64,000 nucleotides of DNA from assembly GCF_002105155.1 (NCBI RefSeq), contig NW_019029016.1:62001-126000 (forward strand). Reading direction: 5' to 3'. The stretch's first letter is position 1; the number at the start of each line of letters is the position of its first letter. The position numbers were made by a program, and so were the translations under genes. Origin of the DNA: Lobosporangium transversale (Eukaryota). This document shows positions 1 through 8,339 of the stretch, one piece after another. The notes beneath the pieces are model-generated. The model saw nothing but the letters and a program-made list of their open reading frames with translations. It made no database searches and was not told the DNA's origin.

Positions 1-1062
1 AAAATAAGGAACAATGGCGTTTGCAGCTTAAGAAGTTTATCCGCCTTCATCGGGAAAGCAATGGCAATGACAGCAGCCGTATTTCCAGCTCGACTGATGT
101 GCCAGCGCCTTCTCCAGATAAAGAACGACGCCCTTCGACAAGGCCACAAATGGACCGACACGATCACAGTGACAGAGTCGGCAAAGGACAACCTCACATG
201 GTGGATAGACAACCTCCAGCATTGGAACGGACAAACATGGCTCACGGAGAGGACAGAAGTCGACGTTTACACAGATGCCTCGGACACAGGGTGGGGTATC
301 GTCGTAGACGATTCGACCTATGCAGGGCGATGGACAGCCTCACAGTCTCACGAGCACATCAACGTCAAAGAACTGCGGACAGTTCTATTTGCGACAAAGC
401 TTCCCCAACTGCAGGGCAAGACAGTGAACATAATTTGCGACAACATGGCCACACTGGCACACATCCAACGGTTCGGAGGGACTCGCTCAGCTCCATTGAT
501 GGAAATAGCGGACACCATTTGGAAGCATTGCCTAGCAACAGGGACACGACTCAAGACAACATATGTCCCATCATCATTCAACCCAGCGGATGCACCATCA
601 CGCAGGATGCAATCGCAGTTGGAATGGAGCATTCATCAGGACTTCTTCGATTATCTACAGAAGATCTGGGGCCCGCATCAGACGGATCTGTTTGCATCAT
701 CAATCAACAACAAAACAGAGAGGTTCATGTCATGGAAGCCAGACCCCTTAGCGATCAACTTCGATGCACTACGGCACCCATGGAGCAATCTGGGGAATCT
801 GTACATCTGCGCGCCATGGAACCTGATCCCTCAGGCCCTCCAGAAGCTGAGGCTAGAGAAACTACAAGCGACGATCGTAGCTCCGAACTGGCCCAGCGCC
901 CTATGGTATCCAACTCTTCAAGCGATGGCGACTTGTGCCCCCAGAGAGATCCCACGCAAGTATGTCCTCCCAGCTCCAGGACAAGATCAAAACGTTCTAG
1001 CAAAGAATCCGCACTGGACACTGCAAGCATGGCGCGTAAACGGCGCTATTACACAGACCTAG
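1..1062 (+). CDS. Pol C-terminal part (RNase H + adenine-methyltransferase-like domain), DIRS A1, partial
   Basis: RNaseH motifs DVYTDAS, HINVKEL, CDN, NPADAPSR. MT-like WGPHQTDLFAS...DAL..PW..LYICAPW. Frame is open from position 1. Confidence 0.93.
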   Translation, partial: KIRNNGVCSLRSLSAFIGKAMAMTAAVFPARLMCQRLLQIKNDALRQGHKWTDTITVTESAKDNLTWWIDNLQHWNGQTWLTERTEVDVYTDASDTGWGIVVDDSTYAGRWTASQSHEHINVKELRTVLFATKLPQLQGKTVNIICDNMATLAHIQRFGGTRSAPLMEIADTIWKHCLATGTRLKTTYVPSSFNPADAPSRRMQSQLEWSIHQDFFDYLQKIWGPHQTDLFASSINNKTERFMSWKPDPLAINFDALRHPWSNLGNLYICAPWNLIPQALQKLRLEKLQATIVAPNWPSALWYPTLQAMATCAPREIPRKYVLPAPGQDQNVLAKNPHWTLQAWRVNGAITQT

Positions 1063-2042
1063 GTTTAGACAGCGAAGCAGCGGAGACTATACTAGATAAC
1101 CCTCAGACACAGCGACGGCACAAAAAATACGCCCCAGCGCAACAAGTGTTCATCGATTGGGCCAGGCAAAATGACAGGGATCCATTCACCCCCAATCCGA
1201 TCCTTTTAGTTAACTATCTCAATCATCAGATGCGCAACCGTCCATGGTCTCCCGCCACCACTCTGCAGAAACGCTCAGCCATTTTAGCTCTATTTCCAGA
1301 CAAATCAGCGTTTGACAAGAGCCATGTGTATAAGGACTTCATTACAGCCATCAAGGCCAAACACATTCGACCTAGCAACGCATTGAGCATCAATCTCAAC
1401 CCAGCTCTTGATTATATTCGATCCCTTCCTTCTAACGAGGAAATGTCATTCCTTCAGCTCACGAGAAAGCTTTGTTGGCTTCTAGGCGTTTGTGGGTTCC
1501 TTCGTCCAGACGACATTCGATGTATAGACCTGACCAAGACTACATGGACCACAAGCCAACTCATGCTCTTCATTCCTATTCCCAAAGAGAAACGACTTGG
1601 GAACCGCATCGAGAAGACAGTTTGTATTCGTTCCAACAGTGATCCGAAACTGTGCCCTGTGAATACATTTGCTGCGTATTTGCAAAGATTAACAGATCAT
1701 CCACTGGAGGTACCACATCCGAAGGATGACAGTCTGACAATTCAACCTCTCATCCGACATTCCAAATATTTGAATCGAGCAGTATCAGCAGAAACCATTT
1801 CCAATCACATGGACTCGATCTCAACTAAGATCCCAGAAGTGGAAAAGGCTTCCCGACGTATCAAGCCACGCGCACTCGGCTCTACAGCTGCAGCTACAGC
1901 AGGGGTATCGATTGACGACATCATCGCTCATGGTAATTGGTCTTCTCCGGAAACTTTCCAATATTTCTACCGCATGGCTAGTCAGACAAGAACGAATTTT
2001 ACTGAGATCACCCTGGGACAAAACTCTGGATGCACATTATAG
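21..2042 (+). CDS. Tyrosine recombinase ORF, DIRS A1 (partial; YR domain ~1030-2042)
   Basis: CGFLRPDD (R), PKEK (K), LCPV, KPRALGST, HGNWSS, FQYFYR (catalytic Y). Confidence 0.92.
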   Translation: MQLKKFIRLHRESNGNDSSRISSSTDVPAPSPDKERRPSTRPQMDRHDHSDRVGKGQPHMVDRQPPALERTNMAHGEDRSRRLHRCLGHRVGYRRRRFDLCRAMDSLTVSRAHQRQRTADSSICDKASPTAGQDSEHNLRQHGHTGTHPTVRRDSLSSIDGNSGHHLEALPSNRDTTQDNICPIIIQPSGCTITQDAIAVGMEHSSGLLRLSTEDLGPASDGSVCIINQQQNREVHVMEARPLSDQLRCTTAPMEQSGESVHLRAMEPDPSGPPEAEARETTSDDRSSELAQRPMVSNSSSDGDLCPQRDPTQVCPPSSRTRSKRSSKESALDTASMARKRRYYTDLGLDSEAAETILDNPQTQRRHKKYAPAQQVFIDWARQNDRDPFTPNPILLVNYLNHQMRNRPWSPATTLQKRSAILALFPDKSAFDKSHVYKDFITAIKAKHIRPSNALSINLNPALDYIRSLPSNEEMSFLQLTRKLCWLLGVCGFLRPDDIRCIDLTKTTWTTSQLMLFIPIPKEKRLGNRIEKTVCIRSNSDPKLCPVNTFAAYLQRLTDHPLEVPHPKDDSLTIQPLIRHSKYLNRAVSAETISNHMDSISTKIPEVEKASRRIKPRALGSTAAATAGVSIDDIIAHGNWSSPETFQYFYRMASQTRTNFTEITLGQNSGCTL

Positions 2043-2128
2043 GTCGGCTCCCGCTGTGATAATTACACAGCGTTCTCGAATAATATGAAGAGAAAAGCAT
2101 ATTATCCGAGGGAGCCGACCTATAATGT
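2034..2128 (+). repeat. Internal complementary region (ICR), DIRS A1
   Basis: First part is the reverse complement of the family A left terminus (19734-19764). Second part is the reverse complement of the right-terminal extension (6602-6669). Confidence 0.93.
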
Positions 2129-2632
2129 CCCACCCTCCTCTCCCTAAGCTAGTCTGGTCCGGAGCTCAAGTCGAAGATGCTGATCAATCTTTGTGGCACC
2201 ATAGTTTTGTAGCAAAAAAAAAAAAAAAAAAAATTGTTTATTTTATTTAGTGACTATGGTCTACTGAATGGTCTACGAAGGACGACCTATTCACATTGTC
2301 ATAGGTACCATGGACGTATGTGTGTGTCACCTTTCTTCATTGAAAATCCGACGAGAAATAAAGAAAAATAAACTAAATAAAAAGATCCCTCTGCCCTGCA
2401 ACTCTGATCTACATCTACTTCTCGAGCCAAAAAGGGGTGGTGTGGGTGGGACATACGTCCATGGTACCTATGACAATGTGAATAGGTCGTCCTTCGTAGA
2501 CCATTCAGTAGACCATTGTCTACGGTACCATGTCCGTATGTGGCTCCAGAGGGATCGCCAAAGAGAACTAAACTAAAACAAAACTAAAACTAAAAGAAAA
2601 CTGAACGAAATGAACAACTAACTAAAGAAAAT

Positions 2633-5600
2633 CTAGCCTAGAGTGCTCATGGACATGTTGTTGGAGGTGGCACTCGACAAACGGTAGTGCTTCTCGAAGA
2701 CTTTCGGGGACGACCAATTCCCCTGCACCATGATATCAGCCACTGGTACGCCTGCTATAGCCGCGAGCGTAGAACCTAAGGCTCGGAGCTTAGGAGCTTT
2801 CTTGTCTCCTAAATCCATCAGCGAAGAAATCCTACTCATGTGGGAGCCAATAGTAGTCGCACGCGCCGGCTGGGTGTGGTCTTTCACAAATCTAATCAAA
2901 GGTACAATGCTTCTTGTTGGGTCCTTCGGATGAGGAGAGGTAGTGGAAGGACAAGACAGCCTGTCCAGGTAAGCGGTGTATGCGTCGACAGGGCATAGCT
3001 TCTTGTCAAAGTGAGAACCAATGGTCACATGCTTAATGATACGTTGCCCATCACTCTTCTCTTTTGGGAAAACAACAACAAGCTGAAGCTTCCCTAACAC
3101 AATCTTGGAGAGACTGACATCTACACATCTGATGTCGTCTGGTCTCATGAAGCCACAGACGCCTAAGAGCCAACACAGCTTCCATGTAAGCTCCTCAAAA
3201 GGCAACTCCATATTTGCTGATGACTGCCGAAAATGGTCCAAAACAGGTGTGATGTCAAAGTGACCAGACCTGGACTCAACGACACCTTCTTGCTTACCAG
3301 CCTTGAGGAACTGGCGGTAGTATTCATCTGATCGTACTCTCTCTGGGTCACGAAATAGGGCGAGGACAGCCGACTTCATGGTCATCAGCGTGGACCACTT
3401 CAAATTGCGAGCGACCCGCACGTAGTGTAGCCAGTTCACTACTGGGATCGCGGGGTTAATCCCTTGTTCGAACGAGCCCTCTTTCAGCCAAGTGACGAAT
3501 TCAGCTTGATGCTTTTCGTACTCTCGCTTGGTGCTCTTGGATCCTTTGTGAGCACAGATAAACTCAGTCACCGCTGGCGAGAGGCCATCTATGAGCATCC
3601 TCGTCCTCTTACTCTCCACGCGGTAAGGCCCCAGTGTGGATTCTTGAGCAGGATGTGCGCGTCGCTTCCTGGTGGAGGGAGAACACATGTTCGTGGAATC
3701 GGTAAAGGGGGTTGGGTCGCCATTGCCTGTATCTTCGGGAACCAAATCGCCGATGGCCAAAATGGAGTAATTATGGTCGCTTCCAGGCCTTCCTGGTCTA
3801 GCTTCTGCAGGATCCTTGGAAGTAAGTTCCATGGAGGACAGATGTAAAGGTTGCCCAAGTGGCTCCACTTGTGTCTCAGCGCATCGAAGTCCACTGCCAA
3901 AGGATGAGGTTTCCATGTCATGAACTGAGGAAGCTGGTTGTTGCTGGGCGATGCAAAGAGGTCTATCCGATGAGGCCCCCACTGCTGGTCTAGACGACGG
4001 AAAAATGACGGGTCCAGCTTCCATTCGAGCTGCGCTTGCATCCGGCGTGATGGTGCATCTGCTGGATTGAATACTGAAGGTACATATGTGGTCCTGAGTC
4101 TTGTGCCTGTTGCTAGACAATGCTTCCATATTTTGTCCGCCAGGTCCATCAGAGGTTGTGAACGAGTTCCGCCGAACCGGTTGATGTAAGCGATGGTGGT
4201 TGTGTTGTCGATTACTAGGTTGAGCATCCTCCCTTGTGTTTGCGGTAGAGTGACTGCGTAGTACACGGTTAGTAACTCTTTTAAATTGATGTGTTGGTGG
4301 CGTATGTTTGGTGGCCATAGCCCTGTCCAAGTGCGCTGCCCTATGACGATCCCCCAGCCTTGGTCGGAGGCGTCTGTGTACACGTCCATCTGAGTTGGCG
4401 ACTGAATCCATGACGTCCCGTTCCACTCCTTGAGTTGGTGTGTCCACCAATCCAGATCGGCTCGAGCTCTGTCGTCCAGTGAGATCGTCGCTTCCCAAGA
4501 TGACCCCTGATGGCTGAGTGCTCTGTTCTTCAATGCCAGAAGATGCCGCGTCATTAGACGAGCTGGAAATACTGCTGCTGTCGTCGCCATGGCTTTCCCT
4601 ATGAACGTAGCCAAGTTGCGAACCGTCGTCCATCCCTTGCTGAGCATCTTCGCTGCTTCTCGCCGTATGTCCCTGACCTTGGACTTCGGTACCGAGAGGG
4701 TCATGTCGGTGGTGTTGATGGTGAAACCCAGATGATCTAGACATTTCGTTGGCATCAGAGAGGATTTCTCCTTGTTGATGAGGAATCCAAGAGACTTGAG
4801 TTTGTCCAGGACAAGATTCGTGTGCTCTTCTGCTTGGGCTTTGGAGTTGGCCATGATCAACAGATCGTCGATGTAAGCTGTCAGCCGTATTCCTCGACGC
4901 CTCGCCCATCTCAACACCGGGCGTAGGACCTTCGTGAAGACTAACGGCGACAGTGACATCCCGAAAGGTAGAGTGCGAAACTGATACAGCTGACCCTTCC
5001 ACTGAAACTGAAGGTAAGGACGAAAATGTGGATGAATCAGCACATGAAGGAAAGCATCTTTGAGATCGATGCTCGTCAAATAATCGTTCTTCTGAAGGGT
5101 ATTGCATACTACCTGAATCGTCTCCATCTTGAACGAGTCTGTGATGATAAATTGATTGAGAGGACGTAGGTTGAGGACAGGCCGGAGGTCCCCTGTCTTC
5201 TTGGGGATAGTAAACAAACGACTCTGGAAACCAGGTCCCGAAGCGTGCTCTATGGCTTTTTTGGCCAGAAGTGCGATCACTTCGTTCTCTATCGCCAGTG
5301 TCTCCTCCTTGGATAGATGCGGGGAAAGGGCTCTTGATGTGTGTGTTATTGGAGGTTGTCTGTGGAAGGGAATCTGAAAACCGTTTCCAATCACGGAGCG
5401 GACCCACCTGTCGTCCGTGAGGAGCCTCCAAGCCCTCGAGTAGAGGTGCAGACGGCCCCCTACTGGCTCTTGTTGGCGCTGCCGCGTCCCCGTCCACGGC
5501 TGCCTCTGTAAAAATACTGTCCCTGCTGGTTGTTATGCATGGGCTCTCCATACCCGTAAGTGAGCTGAGGAGGTGTGGCTTGTTGTGCTTGATGATGATT

Positions 5601-6358
5601 CGCTGGTGAATAAGGTTGCGATTGTGATGGAAATTGCTGGAACTGTTGCTGCTGGTGGGGGTACATGTTAAAGTAAATACCCCTGCTGCGAGAACCGGAA
5701 TTGCGACCGGATCCTCTGTTTTGCAAAGCTGTCTTGCGAGGCTTGCTGGCCTCCTGGTACTCCTCAGCAGCTTTAATTCGGGCTGCAATATCATCTTTAG
5801 TGATAGTTGCAGTCTTTTCATGATCAGGGGCTGGCTTGAGACCCTTTGCGTACACAAAATTATCCATGCGCAGATCGGTGATTTGGCGTGCTGTAACGGC
5901 CAGATGAGATCGCATGACATGCCCAAAATCTGCGACGATCTGCCGTAATGCAGGATCGTGCACTTTGTGAAAGTATTCTGCCAGGAATTCGTCCAAGGGT
6001 CGCGTAGCGTGGGCCTGACGTTCCTGTAGTTGGGATAACCACTTGTCCACTCGTTGAAAAGAAGTGGTCTCCTGAGGCCAAGGCAACTCAAGAGAGGGCG
6101 CTTTGTACTGCTGATCTGGGTTCTTGGGATAGAGGACGTACTCGGTGAGGATGTTATCGTCGCCAGAGTTGTCCGGGGGACGGAAGAAATGAGAGCCGTC
6201 AAGGGAAGGTACAGCCGCTTTGAGGGTATCAGAGAGGACAAGTATCTTGGCCTGTGGGCGATCAATGGTGATGGGGGAAGGGGAAGAGGAGGAAGGGTTG
6301 GCCTGCGTAAGGGCAGCCACCTGCTGACGAAGAGTGTTGATTTCATGAAGGAGTGCAT
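2633..6358 (-). CDS. Long YR ORF (1241 aa, recombinase at C-terminus), DIRS B1
   Basis: CGFMRPDD, PKEK, LCPV, PKLRALGST, QGNWSS, FEKHYR. ATG at 6358; overlaps gag and pol. Confidence 0.9.
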   Translation of the reverse strand: MHSFMKSTLFVSRWLPLRRPTLPPLPLPPSPLIAHRPRYLSSLIPSKRLYLPLTALISSVPRTTLATITSSPSTSSIPRTQISSTKRPLLSCLGLRRPLLFNEWTSGYPNYRNVRPTLRDPWTNSWQNTFTKCTILHYGRSSQILGMSCDLIWPLQHAKSPICAWIILCTQRVSSQPLIMKRLQLSLKMILQPELKLLRSTRRPASLARQLCKTEDPVAIPVLAAGVFTLTCTPTSSNSSSNFHHNRNLIHQRIIIKHNKPHLLSSLTGMESPCITTSRDSIFTEAAVDGDAAAPTRASRGPSAPLLEGLEAPHGRQVGPLRDWKRFSDSLPQTTSNNTHIKSPFPASIQGGDTGDRERSDRTSGQKSHRARFGTWFPESFVYYPQEDRGPPACPQPTSSQSIYHHRLVQDGDDSGSMQYPSEERLFDEHRSQRCFPSCADSSTFSSLPSVSVEGSAVSVSHSTFRDVTVAVSLHEGPTPGVEMGEASRNTADSLHRRSVDHGQLQSPSRRAHESCPGQTQVSWIPHQQGEILSDANEMSRSSGFHHQHHRHDPLGTEVQGQGHTARSSEDAQQGMDDGSQLGYVHRESHGDDSSSISSSSNDAASSGIEEQSTQPSGVILGSDDLTGRQSSSRSGLVDTPTQGVERDVMDSVANSDGRVHRRLRPRLGDRHRAAHLDRAMATKHTPPTHQFKRVTNRVLRSHSTANTREDAQPSNRQHNHHRLHQPVRRNSFTTSDGPGGQNMEALSSNRHKTQDHICTFSIQSSRCTITPDASAARMEAGPVIFPSSRPAVGASSDRPLCIAQQQPASSVHDMETSSFGSGLRCAETQVEPLGQPLHLSSMELTSKDPAEARPGRPGSDHNYSILAIGDLVPEDTGNGDPTPFTDSTNMCSPSTRKRRAHPAQESTLGPYRVESKRTRMLIDGLSPAVTEFICAHKGSKSTKREYEKHQAEFVTWLKEGSFEQGINPAIPVVNWLHYVRVARNLKWSTLMTMKSAVLALFRDPERVRSDEYYRQFLKAGKQEGVVESRSGHFDITPVLDHFRQSSANMELPFEELTWKLCWLLGVCGFMRPDDIRCVDVSLSKIVLGKLQLVVVFPKEKSDGQRIIKHVTIGSHFDKKLCPVDAYTAYLDRLSCPSTTSPHPKDPTRSIVPLIRFVKDHTQPARATTIGSHMSRISSLMDLGDKKAPKLRALGSTLAAIAGVPVADIMVQGNWSSPKVFEKHYRLSSATSNNMSMSTLG
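3589..5532 (-). CDS. Pol (RT-RNaseH-MT), DIRS B1; frame open to 5532 with no AUG before the conserved N-terminus
   Basis: PVGGRL..Y...W N-terminal motif, IPKKTGDLRPVLNL, SIDLKDAFLH, LPFG, AYIDD, YTDAS, DLFAS, CPPW. Confidence 0.93.
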   Translation of the reverse strand, partial: QPAGTVFLQRQPWTGTRQRQQEPVGGRLHLYSRAWRLLTDDRWVRSVIGNGFQIPFHRQPPITHTSRALSPHLSKEETLAIENEVIALLAKKAIEHASGPGFQSRLFTIPKKTGDLRPVLNLRPLNQFIITDSFKMETIQVVCNTLQKNDYLTSIDLKDAFLHVLIHPHFRPYLQFQWKGQLYQFRTLPFGMSLSPLVFTKVLRPVLRWARRRGIRLTAYIDDLLIMANSKAQAEEHTNLVLDKLKSLGFLINKEKSSLMPTKCLDHLGFTINTTDMTLSVPKSKVRDIRREAAKMLSKGWTTVRNLATFIGKAMATTAAVFPARLMTRHLLALKNRALSHQGSSWEATISLDDRARADLDWWTHQLKEWNGTSWIQSPTQMDVYTDASDQGWGIVIGQRTWTGLWPPNIRHQHINLKELLTVYYAVTLPQTQGRMLNLVIDNTTTIAYINRFGGTRSQPLMDLADKIWKHCLATGTRLRTTYVPSVFNPADAPSRRMQAQLEWKLDPSFFRRLDQQWGPHRIDLFASPSNNQLPQFMTWKPHPLAVDFDALRHKWSHLGNLYICPPWNLLPRILQKLDQEGLEATIITPFWPSAIWFPKIQAMATQPPLPIPRTCVLPPPGSDAHILLKNPHWGLTAWRVRGRGCS

Positions 6359-6389
6359 TATGAGTGTTGTCGGTAGAATTGTCGCTCAT
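5460..6389 (-). CDS. Gag-like ORF1, DIRS B1 (likely start MSDNSTD at 6389)
   Basis: First ORF after the 5' ITR. YPKN...Y.AP motif shared with family A gag; Q/N-rich and RGRGRG C-terminus. Confidence 0.8.
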   Translation of the reverse strand: MSDNSTDNTHNALLHEINTLRQQVAALTQANPSSSSPSPITIDRPQAKILVLSDTLKAAVPSLDGSHFFRPPDNSGDDNILTEYVLYPKNPDQQYKAPSLELPWPQETTSFQRVDKWLSQLQERQAHATRPLDEFLAEYFHKVHDPALRQIVADFGHVMRSHLAVTARQITDLRMDNFVYAKGLKPAPDHEKTATITKDDIAARIKAAEEYQEASKPRKTALQNRGSGRNSGSRSRGIYFNMYPHQQQQFQQFPSQSQPYSPANHHQAQQATPPQLTYGYGEPMHNNQQGQYFYRGSRGRGRGSANKSQ

Positions 6390-6854
6390 TGGAACGAATA
6401 GATAATAGTCTGCAACGGATGAGTTCCAGGAGCGACGAGAAGAAAGATGTAGATCAGAGTTGCAGGGCAGAGGGATCTTTTTATTTAGTTTATTTTTCTT
6501 TATTTCTCGTCGGATTTTCAATGAAGAAAGGTGACACACACATACGGACATGGTACCGTAGACAATGGATTTTCGGCGAATTAATAAAGAAAAGAAGTGA
6601 CACATTATAGGTCGGCTCCCTCGGATAATATGCTTTTCTCTTCATATTATTCGAGAACGCTGTGTAATTTTTCCGCCATGACGCCCTCGGTCAGATGTTC
6701 GCTATTTTCTGGTTGGTCAAAACATTTACACGGCAGATAAGGGAAGCAGACATAGTCCACCTCGGTAAAATTAACCTTTTAATGAGTATGCAAAGAGCTA
6801 TTGAGTCAAATATAATGAGTAGTACAAAATAGTGCATTGTATAGACATATAAGA

Positions 6855-7372
6855 AAAAAAAAGGAAAAATAAAAAGGAAAAAAAAAAGGAAAAGAAAAAA
6901 GAAAAAGAAAAGAAAAAGAAAACGGCATAGCGGAAATTGAAAATCGATAATAAGCGCACCTGTGATATCATTTGTCAATTTTCATATGCTTACAAGGTGG
7001 AGAAAGCGAGTGTTAATATGCCTGTGCTCTGAATCTCGTCCATTTACTTTAGCTCGCTGTCTAAATAGATATTTCTTTCTTTGTTGCACCACCTTAGCAT
7101 GCAGAGAGAGCAATGTGGCTCGTGCTCTGATTGCAGCCTAATATTGTTGTTTATATGATCTTGCAGATCTTGAAGACGGAAGACGGAATGTTAGCAGTGC
7201 TTTTCCCACCTCCACCCATGAGTGCTTTCTCTTTTCCCTCTTGTATGCATATGAAAAATGACGGATGATATCATGTATTGCGCATATTATCCATTTTCAA
7301 ATTCCGCTACGCCGCTTTTTTTTCTTTTTTTCTTTTTTTCCTTTTTTTTGGCCGCTCTAGAGCTCTAGAGCG
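6855..7372. repeat. Fold-back/MITE-like inverted repeat with adjacent 20-bp perfect palindrome
   Basis: ~6915-6997 is an imperfect reverse complement of ~7240-7325, with A/T tracts outside. CGCTCTAGAGCTCTAGAGCG at 7353-7372. Confidence 0.7.
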
Positions 7373-7997
7373 TACAAAAAGCAAGATGCTTGATATATTC
7401 ATTATTCAGTCAATACTCTGAAATCGCAAATTGGTTTCACTTATCATTTTTCCTGCGCGACTTCAAAAACCACTCATCATTCATCCATTCGTCCTTTACT
7501 CGCGAGTGCTTCCGATACAAAATAAGCTTTTTTTCTTTTCTTTCCTTTTTTTTTCCTTTTCTTTCTTTCTTTCTTTCCCTTCTTTCCCTTTTTCTCTTCT
7601 CTTCCAGTTCAGCCTCATCGACCAACATGAAAGGTAAGCAACACTCCACAAATATTCACCCTTACTAAAGTCCTAACTCTCTCACCTTATGCTGCGCTGT
7701 ACTTGTTCTGACTTTTCATTCCCTGTCTATCTCTCTTTCTCTCTCTTTCACACCACTGTTAGACCACAAATGATACAAACTCCTAGCCAGCTACAGAGCA
7801 GAGCTAGGAAACACTCTGAGCAACTCAACAGCAGACTACAGACCAGAAAAAGCAAAAAAAGCCTCACCTGGTCATTCACAGAAGAGCCCTCGGCGCTGTC
7901 ATCAAGTAAGTATATAGTTTATGCATGCCTTCGCTTTGTCTTGCTTGTGGTTGTCCCTACCATGGAACAAGCTCAGCATACTTACAAAGCTATCTTC

Positions 7998-8030
<33 letters not shown>

Positions 8031-8339
8031 GTTTCGTTTTCCTCCTTCTAGCTGTAGCCCTAGGCTCACGGCGACGATTGTCCCAAAGACTGCAATGGAC
8101 CCATGCAGTGCTTATCGAAATGGGGCGAAAGCGGAGCTGTAAGTACAATTTCTTTTAGAGTACATGTCGTGACTTTCTGTCTGTACTCTGCTGTGCTCTG
8201 ATTACCAAATATTCTAACCACGCGTGTTTTTTTTTGTCTTCTTCCCTTAAAGGCTCATCCGCTTGGGCTCTAGCCCGCCGGGCCCTCCGTCGGGCCATCC
8301 TCCCGCCTGCCCGCCGATCCCCTTCGCCGACCCCTCCGT

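Larger units (their letters stand above)
2256..6566 (-). mobile_element. DIRS1-type YR retrotransposon, family B copy 1, full length, inserted in the right ITR of A1
   Basis: ITRs 2256-2424 and 6436-6566, ICR 2451-2542, gag/pol/YR ORFs. The flanks rejoin to the A ITR sequence TAGTGACT|GGATTTTCGGCG seen intact at 23874-23893. Confidence 0.95.
1..6669 (+). mobile_element. DIRS1-type YR retrotransposon, family A copy 1 (5' part outside window; right ITR split by the family B insertion)
   Basis: RNaseH/MT and YR ORFs nearly identical to 21618-23659. ICR at 2034-2128. Right ITR runs 2173-2255 and resumes at 6567-6669, ending ...GCTGTGTA-ATT. Confidence 0.95.

Noticed and set aside
1..1062. Using SNPs between copies to show selection on the overprinted frame
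   Set aside because: Only a handful of differences, and they are mixed between frames in family B.
5505..5516. TTTTTACAG as a splice acceptor for pol in family B
   Set aside because: The equivalent site in family A is TTTTTACAA (no AG), so a shared splice is unlikely; not fully excluded.
6691..8158. Poly-Phe/poly-Lys ORFs
   Set aside because: Translations of A/T homopolymer tracts.
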